A stretch of DNA of 64,000 nucleotides from a virus (IMGVR_UViG_3300008629_000003:8694-72693), one strand, 5' to 3'. Positions 48,411-58,541 are shown, numbered from the stretch's first letter. Program-made: numbers and translations. The notes: a model not told the origin generated them from the sequence alone.

Positions 48411-48782
48411 CTATCGCGCGTCGGCCCACACGTTAACCGTCGTGGTCTCACCACCGCCCGGGGCAGCGTTGAGCGTTACGACAACCCCGCCAGATGCGTT
48501 CGCGTCGGCGGCCGAGACGACGTAGCCCGTGGACGATCCGCCCGACTTCGCCGCAATTGATGCGACACACTTTGCTCCCGCAAATGTGGTCCCCAGCGCA
48601 AGCGTGCCGCTCGTGTTGCTTTCACCGATTACAATCGTGCCGGTCGTGACCTTGGCCACCTCGTTGAGGCGTGTTCCGAGGCCGACCGCCGTTGCCTTGT
48701 ACTGAGGTACGATTGGCGATCCGGCGCGGGCGCCGTTGAGAAATGCGAGATTTTCTGACGAAAGGGTGGGTAGCTGAGCCAA
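48411..48782 (-). CDS. Virion structural protein
   Basis: AAGGAGG RBS; small T/G/A-rich beta protein. Confidence 0.55.
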   Translation of the reverse strand: MAQLPTLSSENLAFLNGARAGSPIVPQYKATAVGLGTRLNEVAKVTTGTIVIGESNTSGTLALGTTFAGAKCVASIAAKSGGSSTGYVVSAADANASGGVVVTLNAAPGGGETTTVNVWADAR

Positions 48783-48794
48783 CTTGGCCTCCTT

Positions 48795-49166
48795 CTATGG
48801 TTTCTCTATGATCCAGATTTCTAGATCGCTGGGTGTGACAGTGTTTCCGCTTAGCAAAACAGACGTAGCCAATACACCATCAACGGTATCATCGGCCAAA
48901 ATCTCAAACTTTCGCAGGTTGGCCATTAAGGTCTCCCCGGCCGCTAGGCGAAGTTTAAACGGGTTGTCGTGGCTGTAGATGAACAAGCCGATCGCGCTTG
49001 TGAAGCTGATCGCAACATCTGAGCCGGCCGCCGCTAGGAGCATTTTCTTCACCGTGTACCCGGTGAGGCTTGCTAAAGAGAGCGCCGCCTCGTCGAATTC
49101 TTTGCTAGGCTGCTCCCCGGCTTCGTTCGTATACTCGATCGTCGTTTTGCTCGTAAATGTCGCCAT
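48795..49166 (-). CDS. Virion structural protein
   Basis: In head operon; beta-rich. Confidence 0.55.
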   Translation of the reverse strand: MATFTSKTTIEYTNEAGEQPSKEFDEAALSLASLTGYTVKKMLLAAAGSDVAISFTSAIGLFIYSHDNPFKLRLAAGETLMANLRKFEILADDTVDGVLATSVLLSGNTVTPSDLEIWIIEKP

Positions 49167-49167
49167 T

Positions 49168-50328
49168 TTACCCTCTATAGTGCTGCATAATTTCCGCGAC
49201 GGTCTCGTCGATCGATTCTACCAGACCCTCGGCCCAATACTGAAGTGGACCACACGTACAGTTTGGATGTATCGGTCCCACCGTCGGCCCCCACGCCGCG
49301 CGGGGCTTTTTGAAGTTGCCGCCCCCCGCCTCGCGTTTCTCTATAGTAGACAGACGATACCGCTTGGAGGCGCCGGTCTCGCCCCAGATGCGCCGACACT
49401 CTTTGCAGCTCTGCGGGCTCGCCATCTTGAACACCCACGGGTCATCCTCCCCAGCGGCACGCGCGTCTGTCTTGAGCTTTTCATAGGCGCCGTGGTTATG
49501 CGCGAACACTAGCTCAGTTCGGGCCACCCGGTCGAAATCATTTTGTAGACTCGGGCCTTTGGTGACGGCCCTTAGCTCTTGAGCTAACCGCCCCGCACCC
49601 CATCGTTTTTCGACCGCCTTCTCGGTGGCGCCGCGGATCGCGGAATGTTCCGCCTCCGTTAAAATGCGCTGGATTTCCGTGGTAACGCCCTCCGCAGGGC
49701 GGCGCATATAGACCGCGGCTTTTCGCTTCGCGTAGTCCATGCTGGCCAGGTCTGTGTCGGACAACTCGGTGGACATTGCCTGCTCTATGATCTTCGCAAG
49801 GGGGGGCGTTTTCCGTATCTGATACGCCTTCAATTGCTCCAATCCCCGTCCAACGCGATAGCTCAAATCAATGAGGGAGCGATGCTTGACGTTTGGTTGG
49901 ACCAGACCCTTGCGAACAAGCTCGTCGAACCGCGGATAATTGGGCGGCACGCGCCCGGTAATTTTTGCGACTAGCGCCACCTCATGATCTTGGAGTAGCT
50001 CTAGCAGAGCGCCCTCTGTCGTCGTGGACATAGGCAACAGGCGCCCGCCGTCCAACAAGGTACGCACCTCTTCGACAAGGCGCGTACCCCACTCGCTCCA
50101 AGACTTGCGCGCGAGACCGATCAGGCGGTGGAGCTCGGGGAATCGTGGATCCTCGCCCTCACCAGTAGGGACCAACGCCTTGCGTAACGGCGACGGATCA
50201 AATCCTAGATGAACACCGATCGCAGAAATGACGGCCGGGTGGTGGGCCGAGTCGATTTCGCTCAAGCCGTTTGTTGTGATGTGGAGGCGCCCCTTCCGCA
50301 TCTTTACCTGGCACTGGACGCACGCCAT
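49168..50328 (-). CDS. MuF/SPP1 gp7-like head morphogenesis protein
   Basis: RVARTELVFAHNHG, CKEC, GPIHPNCTC. Confidence 0.85.
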   Translation of the reverse strand: MACVQCQVKMRKGRLHITTNGLSEIDSAHHPAVISAIGVHLGFDPSPLRKALVPTGEGEDPRFPELHRLIGLARKSWSEWGTRLVEEVRTLLDGGRLLPMSTTTEGALLELLQDHEVALVAKITGRVPPNYPRFDELVRKGLVQPNVKHRSLIDLSYRVGRGLEQLKAYQIRKTPPLAKIIEQAMSTELSDTDLASMDYAKRKAAVYMRRPAEGVTTEIQRILTEAEHSAIRGATEKAVEKRWGAGRLAQELRAVTKGPSLQNDFDRVARTELVFAHNHGAYEKLKTDARAAGEDDPWVFKMASPQSCKECRRIWGETGASKRYRLSTIEKREAGGGNFKKPRAAWGPTVGPIHPNCTCGPLQYWAEGLVESIDETVAEIMQHYRG

Positions 50329-50750
50329 TAGCCTGCCGGTGGGGGATCGTTTCGGAACTGATAATAGAGCTCCACAGGCGTCCCCGAGCCAATACCCGCC
50401 GCCGTTGACACATACGCCCCCACATCTCCGTCGCCCCGCATAAGCTTGGGCACGATCACATTGCCGGAAGGAACAACCAGCTCCCCCTCTTCAACCCACC
50501 CGTCAAGCGTTGTCATCCCTTTGCCGGGTGATGACTGAACCCACCGACCAAACTTGACGGTCACGCCTGTTACACCTGCGGGCACCTTGACTATCCACAT
50601 AAGCGAAGAGCGCCTCCACGATTTTATGCAATGGAGCACGTCTGTTGGCGGTGACTCCACGGCCACCACCTTCTTGTACGGTTCGGCCACGTCGGCCGCT
50701 GACTGCCCCTGATAGCGGGGAAACTGTGTGCCTGATTGTGCGCTACCCAT
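50328..50750 (-). CDS. Hypothetical protein
   Basis: Overlaps the portal stop and the MuF start. Confidence 0.55.
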   Translation of the reverse strand: MGSAQSGTQFPRYQGQSAADVAEPYKKVVAVESPPTDVLHCIKSWRRSSLMWIVKVPAGVTGVTVKFGRWVQSSPGKGMTTLDGWVEEGELVVPSGNVIVPKLMRGDGDVGAYVSTAAGIGSGTPVELYYQFRNDPPPAG

Positions 50751-52593
50751 GGATGTCCTCTACGTAGATTGTGATCGGTCGGGCCTTTGTCATACCCGGG
50801 TCTTCGCCGAAAGGGTACGACGGCGCCGACTGGCCATAGCCGTCGTCCTCTTGCCCGCCCGCTGGCTGGCCATAGCCGTCGTCCTCGGGCGGCGGCCCTT
50901 GCGCGGCGTCCTCTTGCCCGGCCGCTGGCTGGCCATAGCCGTCGTCCTCGGGTGGCTGGCCTTGCTCTTGCTGCTCTTGCTGCATCGCCTCTTGCTGCTC
51001 TTGCTGCTCTTGCATCGCCTTCTGTTGCTGATAATTCACGAAGGTGGGATCCGTTGGCATGTTCCACACGTTCGCGTCGAACTTCGCTTGATCTTTTTCC
51101 GAAAGGCTATCCATCTTTTCGGGCTCAACCCAGAACCCCATCGGGCTTAACCCTTCCAACAACCTGACCTCGTTTCGGGTGATCGACGTTCGCGCACGCG
51201 TGGACAGAAGGTTGGCCTGGCTGGCCTGATCGTCCTCTGGATAAACGAATTCAAACAGAAGATCGGGGTGGCAACGCTGGACCAGGGGAGTGAGCACTGT
51301 TTGACCAAGGTGTTCCAAATCACCCTTGAGCCCCTCCTCCTTCGCGCTGGCTATTTCGTCCCCGCGGCTGGCCTCGCCAAGACGGCTACCCTGCCCGCCG
51401 TCCCACGGTTTCGCGTTGACTGTGCTTGGGTCCATTCGGTAGATAGCCGTAGAGAGCGCGATCAATAGACTGAGCCAAACCTCGTACATCATGTCTTTGT
51501 TCGGCGCCTTGAGGTCAATCTTCTGGATGGCTCCAGTGTCGGGCAGCGGCATGATCGGCGGCTGGTGGGCGCGTCGTACGCCTTGCGTAGACTCTCGAAA
51601 CATATCGACGAACGCGGCCATATCATCCGGGTGCACGTCGCCCGACACGCCGAGAATGAACTCTGACAACATGCCCTTGGTAAAAAATGATTCGTTGTAG
51701 TCCCACGCATTGATGAAGGCCAAAATCACTTGGATCGCCATTTCGACGCGGCTGGGCGGATAGCCCGCGAGGTCTATACTCGTGCGATTGACGATCGGCG
51801 CAACGATTAGCCGGTGCCTTGGGTACACCTGCTCAAGCACGCCCTCACGCACCAAACAGAACTCCGATCCGTGCAGGTCAAAGTCTAGGGTCTCGCACGC
51901 AAGATCCAGCACGTCGGCCGTCGTGAGCTCGTTCGGGTCGTAGTGCTTGAACCATTTTGGATTATCCTCGCGCCATTTTTCCACCCATTCAAGGGTCGGC
52001 CAAATCATCTCACCGTCAACCGCGCGGACACCAACGACGCGACGCTGGTCAAACATGCTGTGTAGCACCTCCACGACCGGCCTGTTGATCGTCAACAGGT
52101 CGTCTTCTAGCTGCATCATCAACTGAGTGAACGTCGGACAATACGTTGCGCTAGGCCGTTCAATGATCCTCTCGGCCTTTTTAATAAATCGCTTGATCTC
52201 CTCTGGCGGTTCGCGGCGGTGATCGGTATGGTCTCGGTGGATGACGCGCCAACCAACCCCGCCCGGTACGCCCCGAAATTTTCCCGACATGGCGCGAACC
52301 TGCGTCGCTCGCGCCTCGTGAATGGCTTGCAAGATCGGCGCACGCTCGCGCACACTTCGCAGCATTTTCAACGAGAAGGTCTCGAAACGGCCGTGGCCCT
52401 TTCGAACGCCAACGCCACCGCCGTCCCTCATCATATGCCGCGGGGTGGATGGCACTGCGCTAACGGTCATATTCCGCGCGGCTTCCGAGCGAATTCGGCG
52501 CATAGCATCGGGGGGGATAGAATACCCCCCGTCCGGGGTGCGCTCTACCCCCAGCTTGACCAGCGCATCGAGCGGGCTCTGCTTACCTGCCAC
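50743..52593 (-). CDS. Portal protein
   Basis: VRAVDG, GYPPSRVE, YNESFFTKG, KDMMYEVW, ITRNEVR..EGLSP. Confidence 0.9.
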   Translation of the reverse strand: MAGKQSPLDALVKLGVERTPDGGYSIPPDAMRRIRSEAARNMTVSAVPSTPRHMMRDGGGVGVRKGHGRFETFSLKMLRSVRERAPILQAIHEARATQVRAMSGKFRGVPGGVGWRVIHRDHTDHRREPPEEIKRFIKKAERIIERPSATYCPTFTQLMMQLEDDLLTINRPVVEVLHSMFDQRRVVGVRAVDGEMIWPTLEWVEKWREDNPKWFKHYDPNELTTADVLDLACETLDFDLHGSEFCLVREGVLEQVYPRHRLIVAPIVNRTSIDLAGYPPSRVEMAIQVILAFINAWDYNESFFTKGMLSEFILGVSGDVHPDDMAAFVDMFRESTQGVRRAHQPPIMPLPDTGAIQKIDLKAPNKDMMYEVWLSLLIALSTAIYRMDPSTVNAKPWDGGQGSRLGEASRGDEIASAKEEGLKGDLEHLGQTVLTPLVQRCHPDLLFEFVYPEDDQASQANLLSTRARTSITRNEVRLLEGLSPMGFWVEPEKMDSLSEKDQAKFDANVWNMPTDPTFVNYQQQKAMQEQQEQQEAMQQEQQEQGQPPEDDGYGQPAAGQEDAAQGPPPEDDGYGQPAGGQEDDGYGQSAPSYPFGEDPGMTKARPITIYVEDIHG

Positions 52594-52975
52594 GGATCTC
52601 CCCCTTGACGCGCTGCTCTACTGACCATGTTGTACCGCACTCTGGGCACTCATGCCTAGACGGAAGTGAGAGCAAGTGCAGCCTCCGGTCAAGCGTTTGC
52701 AGGAATAAAACACAGCATAACCGACCGTCAACAGTAGGGACGCGTCGACCGAGACCCGCGGCCCCTTGACGTTGCGCCTTGAGCCAAGCGTTCGGGGGGC
52801 GCTCCACTGGTCCGTCCTGTATGACATTCGCCAGCGCCATCAGGTCGGATAGCGGATCCTCAACCTGGACCGCGACCGGGCGCGATTGTGCTTTTGTGAT
52901 CCTTGTGTCACTGGCTCCGCGCGGCGCCTCAAGCGATTGAAGTTGTCGCCGGCTGGCGTCCGAAAGTCTGTCCAT
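52583..52975 (-). CDS. Small protein with C-terminal zinc ribbon
   Basis: Between terminase and portal; HECPECG. Confidence 0.55.
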   Translation of the reverse strand: MDRLSDASRRQLQSLEAPRGASDTRITKAQSRPVAVQVEDPLSDLMALANVIQDGPVERPPNAWLKAQRQGAAGLGRRVPTVDGRLCCVLFLQTLDRRLHLLSLPSRHECPECGTTWSVEQRVKGEIRGR

Positions 52976-52984
52976 GTCTTCTCC

Positions 52985-54859
52985 CTACAGTCGGGGGCGG
53001 CCGACGCGCGCCACCGCCACGTCGGCGTACAGGTTCGCGTGTGCGAAATGTGGGTCGAGCCCAACGTGTTCGGCTATGATCTTTTTCTTTCCTTCGCGCT
53101 TCTTTTGCTCGTTGTCCTCGTATTCGTCGCGAAATGCCACCTTGGTCTGGTGGACCCAGTATACGTCGCGGCAAATGGGCACCGGTACCATTTCCCCGAC
53201 TCGCAGACCCGACGTGAGCGCTACCTTGCCCCCCTGAACTGGTAGCGTCTGAATGAGCGTTCGCGGATCTGGGGTCTCGTTGCCCCGCTTGACCCATCGC
53301 CCCAAGCTCCACATCAACCCTTTGGTCCGGTGGATGGAGACCGACCATTTAAACCGCGTCTCTTCTCCTTTCTGGTTTGGCTTTTTACCCGTGTCGTGCC
53401 ACGTGACCATCGGCTTTTGTTCATCCCCGCCGACGTAGCCAGCCAAAAACACACGGCCGCGAAACGCCAACGCGAATCGGTGGGCCTCGTTCCAATGGGG
53501 CAAACAGTCAATCACGGCATAGCGGACGTCGTATTCGTACATGAGCTTTCCAACCCGCTTCCACGGATCGACCGACGTACCTTCTCCGTCGTGCGCTACC
53601 TCTATGTGGATCGTCCGGTGCTTTCCGTTTGGCGCCATTTCTTTGATCACGACGCAGTTGTATCCCGCTTGAGCATCCATCCCGAGCGCCGTGTTCTTGA
53701 CGTTGCGCTTGCGCCATCGGTGCGACATGTTTGCGGGCCACGGCAACGACTTGTCGACGCAACTGTGTAAATGATCCAGCGTTACCGGTTGCCGCGTCGC
53801 GTCGAGGTATGGCAACCCAAAAACGGAATTATGAACCTCTTGGATATTCACCGGCTCGGTTGGCTTGTCGATCTTTGCGATCACCCGTGACGCGGGGTAG
53901 GTGGGACTCAAAAGCTGCGGCATCTGCCAACTATGCGCGTAATTTCCGGGGCGCTCCGGCTCCCACCATCCGTCGCGCGGCCGGGTGATGATCTCCCCGC
54001 ACTTAGGGCAATAGTAGCAGGCCGGGGTCGTCCTGTATTGCTCGATCGCCCTGCCCACTAAGCCCAGGTATGGGACGCGGTCTCGGTGAAACGCGTGCTC
54101 CACTTTTCTCTTCATCATGGGCGTCGCGTTTGCCAGCTTCAAGATGCAGTCCTCGGCCTTCCGGCTTAAAACAATACCCTCGGGGCACCCGCATCCCGTA
54201 TGGAACCATCGTTGATCGCCCCTTAAAAAGTACAGATGGATGTCACTGTCGGGGTAGTTGGCGGTGCTCACCTTGATGTCGATCGGGTCTGTCTGGGCGC
54301 TGTACCGCTCCTCAGCTAGTTGAATGCTATGGTACGACATGCGGCGCACCTCATCGAACAAACACCCCCTCAACGGTAGGCCCTCTGTTGAGGTCTTGCC
54401 TTCAATGGTCAAGAAGTAGGTCGTCGACGCTCCGAGCGAGCGAGCCAATACGCGGTCGGTTCCCTTGCCGTCCCTCATGTCTTTGCCGACCCACTGTCGC
54501 AATGCTTCCGAGCCTTTGAGGAACGGGGCGTAGCGCTGCGCTGAAAACGCGGCCGGTAGACGCTCGTCTGGGAAGTAGTAGCCGAACAATGAGCCCCAAT
54601 GAGCGATGTTTGCTCGCGCTAGATAAGCCAACAACCGGCCGGTTTTACCTGTTTGGGCGCCGGCCATAAACACCTGGAATGGATGTTCGTCTTGGTACAT
54701 TGGCACCATGTGACTGTACCGCACCCAATCAAAGGGCTGACGATCGAGCCGGAGGTTGTAGTGCTGCACGAATTCGTAGCTATTCGCGCGGGGGTCTATT
54801 GGTGAACTGCCGCCGCCCATCCCTCCGAACGCAGCGCGAGCCATTGGACCGAGGTTCAT
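52985..54859 (-). CDS. terL: Terminase large subunit (GpA-like)
   Basis: AGAQTGKT Walker A, LFDEV Walker B, VSTA coupling motif, ALGMD, DPHFAHA. Confidence 0.9.
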   Translation of the reverse strand: MNLGPMARAAFGGMGGGSSPIDPRANSYEFVQHYNLRLDRQPFDWVRYSHMVPMYQDEHPFQVFMAGAQTGKTGRLLAYLARANIAHWGSLFGYYFPDERLPAAFSAQRYAPFLKGSEALRQWVGKDMRDGKGTDRVLARSLGASTTYFLTIEGKTSTEGLPLRGCLFDEVRRMSYHSIQLAEERYSAQTDPIDIKVSTANYPDSDIHLYFLRGDQRWFHTGCGCPEGIVLSRKAEDCILKLANATPMMKRKVEHAFHRDRVPYLGLVGRAIEQYRTTPACYYCPKCGEIITRPRDGWWEPERPGNYAHSWQMPQLLSPTYPASRVIAKIDKPTEPVNIQEVHNSVFGLPYLDATRQPVTLDHLHSCVDKSLPWPANMSHRWRKRNVKNTALGMDAQAGYNCVVIKEMAPNGKHRTIHIEVAHDGEGTSVDPWKRVGKLMYEYDVRYAVIDCLPHWNEAHRFALAFRGRVFLAGYVGGDEQKPMVTWHDTGKKPNQKGEETRFKWSVSIHRTKGLMWSLGRWVKRGNETPDPRTLIQTLPVQGGKVALTSGLRVGEMVPVPICRDVYWVHQTKVAFRDEYEDNEQKKREGKKKIIAEHVGLDPHFAHANLYADVAVARVGRPRL

Positions 54860-55458
54860 TCCGAATCCACCACGGACGTCTGAATTTCTCCAATGGACGC
54901 GCGGACTCTAGCCTCAACCATTTTCAAAAACTCGCGCCGCGCGGCCTCGTCTGGAATGTACCGCAGGCTCAAATCTGTGATCGCTTGCCCAAATCGTTCG
55001 AACACTGGCAGAGCATACGCAGTCAAGAGCTCCCCGCGGGCGGCCTGACGGTGCGCCGCGTGCTGCTGCTTTCCTAGCATGTCGGCGATCTTGGCCGTGT
55101 CGTTGACTAGGCGCTGCCGAGCAACGATCAATCCCTCCGCGTCCACTGGCTGACCGGCCGGCACTTGTTCTTGGGCCAACTCCCAAATCTCCTCGGCCGT
55201 TGGAGTGAGCGGTTGTTGTTGCAACATGTACGTCAAGACCGCCACCGGCCGGCGTGCGTCCAAGAGCTCGGGGTCATCGAGTAGATGTCCGATCGCCTGT
55301 TGACCGTGCTTGGCTAGGTGCTGAAACCCTTTCGAAAACACGGAAAAGCCACCGTGTGATCGGCATCGCTTTTGGCCCTTTACGGGGTAACTCTTGCAGA
55401 ATGTCTCGTCTTTGAGTTGTGCGCCACACCGCCCGTCTACTGCCACGGGACTACCCAT
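54856..55458 (-). CDS. Terminase small subunit (HGGxSTG-like)
   Basis: CGAQ...C...KRCRSHGGFS; directly upstream of terL. Confidence 0.65.
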   Translation of the reverse strand: MGSPVAVDGRCGAQLKDETFCKSYPVKGQKRCRSHGGFSVFSKGFQHLAKHGQQAIGHLLDDPELLDARRPVAVLTYMLQQQPLTPTAEEIWELAQEQVPAGQPVDAEGLIVARQRLVNDTAKIADMLGKQQHAAHRQAARGELLTAYALPVFERFGQAITDLSLRYIPDEAARREFLKMVEARVRASIGEIQTSVVDSE

Positions 55459-55684
55459 GGTGCCGGCCAAAATCTGGAATGTGCCGGTAGAGCTCGGGTC
55501 GCCCGGGTACAGGCTCGACCACCGCGGCATTTCTTAGATGCCTCATAATGTCAGGGCCATACTCTATATCGACCCCCGCCCGCGCGCACCATTCGGCCAT
55601 TGGCGCACCTTCGGGGGGCATCTGCGGCGCTAGGTGCTCGATCTTGCTGATACCGATCTGATAGTCGTACCGATTTCTGCGCAT
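55451..55684 (-). CDS. Hypothetical protein
   Basis: TAATG coupling to the upstream gene. Confidence 0.45.
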   Translation of the reverse strand: MRRNRYDYQIGISKIEHLAPQMPPEGAPMAEWCARAGVDIEYGPDIMRHLRNAAVVEPVPGRPELYRHIPDFGRHHG

Positions 55685-56547
55685 TACGCCCTCGCTATGT
55701 CCTCTAACCCCATCCCCGCGTCATCCATCAACGAGACGATCCGCCCCGCACCTACCTTAGTACACTTCACACCCTTAAAAATCGACTTTACCGACGCACG
55801 GGTCCGCGCGTCGATTTTCCCCGTGATTTTGACATCGAACCCAGACACAAGGAGCCGCGCCTGAAGCATTGACACCATTGGATCCATAGCGCCGCGGTAA
55901 GTACCAGCCAACACACAACCGGCCAACGCTGCGTCTTCTAACGGCGTCTCAGACTTGCAAAGCTTGTCCCAAATGTACCGGCCGACCATCGGGTTGCTGT
56001 AGTCTGCGCTCCGGCCTGCCAACGGCGTGAACCCCACGGATTCCGCCTTCTGATCAATCCATCGGATAGCGGCCGGCGTACTAATGCCGGCCGGCGTCTG
56101 CATAGCTGCCACGTCTAAACGCACCTCAGCTCCATAGTGCGAAAAAGACGTGTGTGCGGCGGGGTTGTACCCCGTGCGAAACCACGTCCGAAATCGGCTC
56201 GTGTGCGGTGGCGGCCCCCCCGCCGCGCTCCAATCCAAAAAATACGCCCGATCGCGCTGGGCCATTGCAGGATCTTCAAACCCCGTCAAGATTCGCAGAC
56301 ACCCCCCACCTCCGGCCTTGACCGAGGCGTCAAAATCTTTCAAGCCAGCAAGCGTCCCGGCCGTCAATTGACCCGACCACGGCGTCAGCCTGTTGTCGTG
56401 GTGCATTTGCCCGGTCAACGTCCGCGGGCCGTGCAATTTATCGGTCGCGCCATAAAAGCCCACGCCGGCGCCCACGTGAATAATCCTGACCACATTCGTT
56501 TGCGTACTCGACACGGCTACCCTCCCAATCCAAAATTTCCGGGCCAT
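55684..56547 (-). CDS. Putative endolysin-like protein with peptidoglycan-binding domain
   Basis: C-terminal VSMLQARL..GFDVKITGKIDARTRASVK; M15-like LRILTGF segment. Confidence 0.45.
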   Translation of the reverse strand: MARKFWIGRVAVSSTQTNVVRIIHVGAGVGFYGATDKLHGPRTLTGQMHHDNRLTPWSGQLTAGTLAGLKDFDASVKAGGGGCLRILTGFEDPAMAQRDRAYFLDWSAAGGPPPHTSRFRTWFRTGYNPAAHTSFSHYGAEVRLDVAAMQTPAGISTPAAIRWIDQKAESVGFTPLAGRSADYSNPMVGRYIWDKLCKSETPLEDAALAGCVLAGTYRGAMDPMVSMLQARLLVSGFDVKITGKIDARTRASVKSIFKGVKCTKVGAGRIVSLMDDAGMGLEDIARA

Positions 56548-57203
56548 CCTTTCAACGGCACGCGATAGCGGCACACAGACCCCGGCACGCTCTTGTAAGT
56601 ACGTACCCGGCCGGGCTCCCCTTTCAACACGTCCACCGCCAAATCCCCCGTCAGTAAGCCCTGGTGGACCACGTTTCCGAGGACCGTGTTTTGCCATTCT
56701 GCCCGCTCTATCATACTCCAAATACAGTAAGGTGGGCCGACGATGGTGGGCGGTTCGGGAAGGTCACACGCACCGGCTAGACCTTCCATTGTTGTAGTGC
56801 TGCCCCCGGTGCTTGCGACTATGCAGTCCTGAACGCTCACATATCGCCGGCCGGCGCGGGATTGTTCCGAACCACTTCCGGCGCTTGTCCATTCTCTCAC
56901 GCGGGGACCGTCCGGGGTCTCACACACCGCCAGCTCGTAGCGTTCAAACTGAACCAAAACGTCGAACACGGCGCGCGTCACCTCTCTACGGTATGATTTT
57001 TCATCCCAACAGATCGAATGTGCTAACGCTAACCGGTGCCAGCGCGCGGGCCCGGCCGGCGTGTTCCGCGCCCCTTGATACTGATTGTATTCGACTGCAC
57101 CGACCCCAAACCTTTCGACCCCTTCTTGGTCTTTGATCCTCACACATGACGCCACCGCAACCAAAACACGCGGCGCTCGCTCTATCTGCTCTCTCTCCGG
57201 CAT
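56517..57203 (-). CDS. Hypothetical protein
   Basis: First gene of the leftward unit; GAGGGTGG upstream. Confidence 0.55.
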   Translation of the reverse strand: MPEREQIERAPRVLVAVASCVRIKDQEGVERFGVGAVEYNQYQGARNTPAGPARWHRLALAHSICWDEKSYRREVTRAVFDVLVQFERYELAVCETPDGPRVREWTSAGSGSEQSRAGRRYVSVQDCIVASTGGSTTTMEGLAGACDLPEPPTIVGPPYCIWSMIERAEWQNTVLGNVVHQGLLTGDLAVDVLKGEPGRVRTYKSVPGSVCRYRVPLKGWPGNFGLGG

Positions 57204-57244
57204 TCCACCCTCACCCCGAGCTCACTGAGGCGATTGCCTCACCG

Positions 57245-57298
57245 GGATTATATACACACCCTTGACCGAAGGTGTGCGGGGTTGTTATCTTTTCGGCT
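57245..57298. promoter_or_regulatory. Divergent promoter/operator region
   Basis: + strand TTGACC-18-TGtTATCTT; - strand TATAAT at 57247-57252; CACACC-N10-GGTGTG inverted repeat. Confidence 0.5.
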
Positions 57299-57790
57299 AT
57301 GAATTGGCAACAGATGATCGGTGACCGCTTGCGGCGCGTACGTTTAGAGCGAGGGCACGCCGCGCCTGAGGATGCTGCTATGCTGATTGAGCGAATGTCG
57401 GGACCGACAATTCGCCTCAACGAAAACGGCAAACGGGTGAATTTACACCTCGACGTCGTGTTTCGGCTGTGCCGCGCTTACGACTTCCCGATTGGCGCAC
57501 TAATCAAAGGCTGGAAACCTGTAAACCGTATACCCGACGCGTATTGGACCAAAGACCACCCCGGCCTCCGCGACTACCAAAACGAGGTCCGAAAACGCTT
57601 GCGGGCCGCGCGATTGGCGGCGGGAATGGGCACCCCCACCGCCGCGGGCTACGCCGAAATCCACCCGTCTTGGCTTGTACGTGTGGAGCTTGGCTCCTAC
57701 GACCGTTTGGATTTAATACGGCTGAGGCGACTAGCGGCGGTCTATGGAATCACTTTGGTGGACATCCTCTACGACTCGGAGAGCTCGTGA
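57299..57790 (+). CDS. Tandem XRE-family HTH transcriptional regulator
   Basis: IGDRLRRVRLERG and KRLRAARLAAGM...SWLVRVELG...LRRLAAVYGI. Confidence 0.8.
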   Translation: MNWQQMIGDRLRRVRLERGHAAPEDAAMLIERMSGPTIRLNENGKRVNLHLDVVFRLCRAYDFPIGALIKGWKPVNRIPDAYWTKDHPGLRDYQNEVRKRLRAARLAAGMGTPTAAGYAEIHPSWLVRVELGSYDRLDLIRLRRLAAVYGITLVDILYDSESS

Positions 57791-57933
57791 CTACCCCGCC
57801 TGAGTCACCTTGGAAATATCGGCTCGGCTTTGCGCTTGGTCGATACGGTGCGCCTCTCGTTTTCGGTGTCCTTTTGGGGTTGGTCAGCGTTGGCTTAATT
57901 GTCGCGGGATATCATCACCTGGAGGCTCCGTGA
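57787..57933 (+). CDS. Small membrane protein
   Basis: GTGA overlaps on both sides; one hydrophobic helix. Confidence 0.5.
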   Translation: MTTPPESPWKYRLGFALGRYGAPLVFGVLLGLVSVGLIVAGYHHLEAP

Positions 57934-58541
57934 AGCTTGACGAACCCCTTTCAAAAGTTGCGATCCGCCTAAAGCAAATCGCGCACGATCCCGCCAACTG
58001 GGTGTACCTCAGCCGAGGAGAACGCGTAGAACAAAAAAAGATAGAAGCCGACGGAGAGCTCGTGCCGTTGCTTCCTCTTGTTCGTTACTCTATGCGTTTC
58101 GAAGGCTGGGAAACGCGGATCACGTTTATCTATTCCGTCGATGTCGTGCCTGTACCCGTTAGCCAGAGCGGAGACGACGCGGAAGAGTCACCCCACCGGC
58201 ACCTCCAAATACAAATGTCGATCCCTCAACAACTCACACAGGGGGAGCTCAACCTGGCCCTTTCCGACCCAAAGGGTTTGATGGCCTTGCTTACTCCATT
58301 GGTGTCGCTCTTTTTTCCGATGCACGACCACATCAAGATGAACTCCAAAGCACACGCCCCGATCCCCGTCCGTGACGCCCGGCAGGGTACCAAGGGCAAC
58401 GTCCATTTTCGGACGCCCGTGTCGTTTCACTTTTTCGTCGGCCTCAACGACACCACCGCCGTGGCTGGAGGCCGCGACTCATACAGCGGGATGCACGCCG
58501 CTGGTGGACGCCTTCTTGGACCGGACGGTAACCCGCTTTGA
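57930..58541 (+). CDS. Hypothetical protein
   Basis: GGAGG RBS before GTG. Confidence 0.6.
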   Translation: MKLDEPLSKVAIRLKQIAHDPANWVYLSRGERVEQKKIEADGELVPLLPLVRYSMRFEGWETRITFIYSVDVVPVPVSQSGDDAEESPHRHLQIQMSIPQQLTQGELNLALSDPKGLMALLTPLVSLFFPMHDHIKMNSKAHAPIPVRDARQGTKGNVHFRTPVSFHFFVGLNDTTAVAGGRDSYSGMHAAGGRLLGPDGNPL

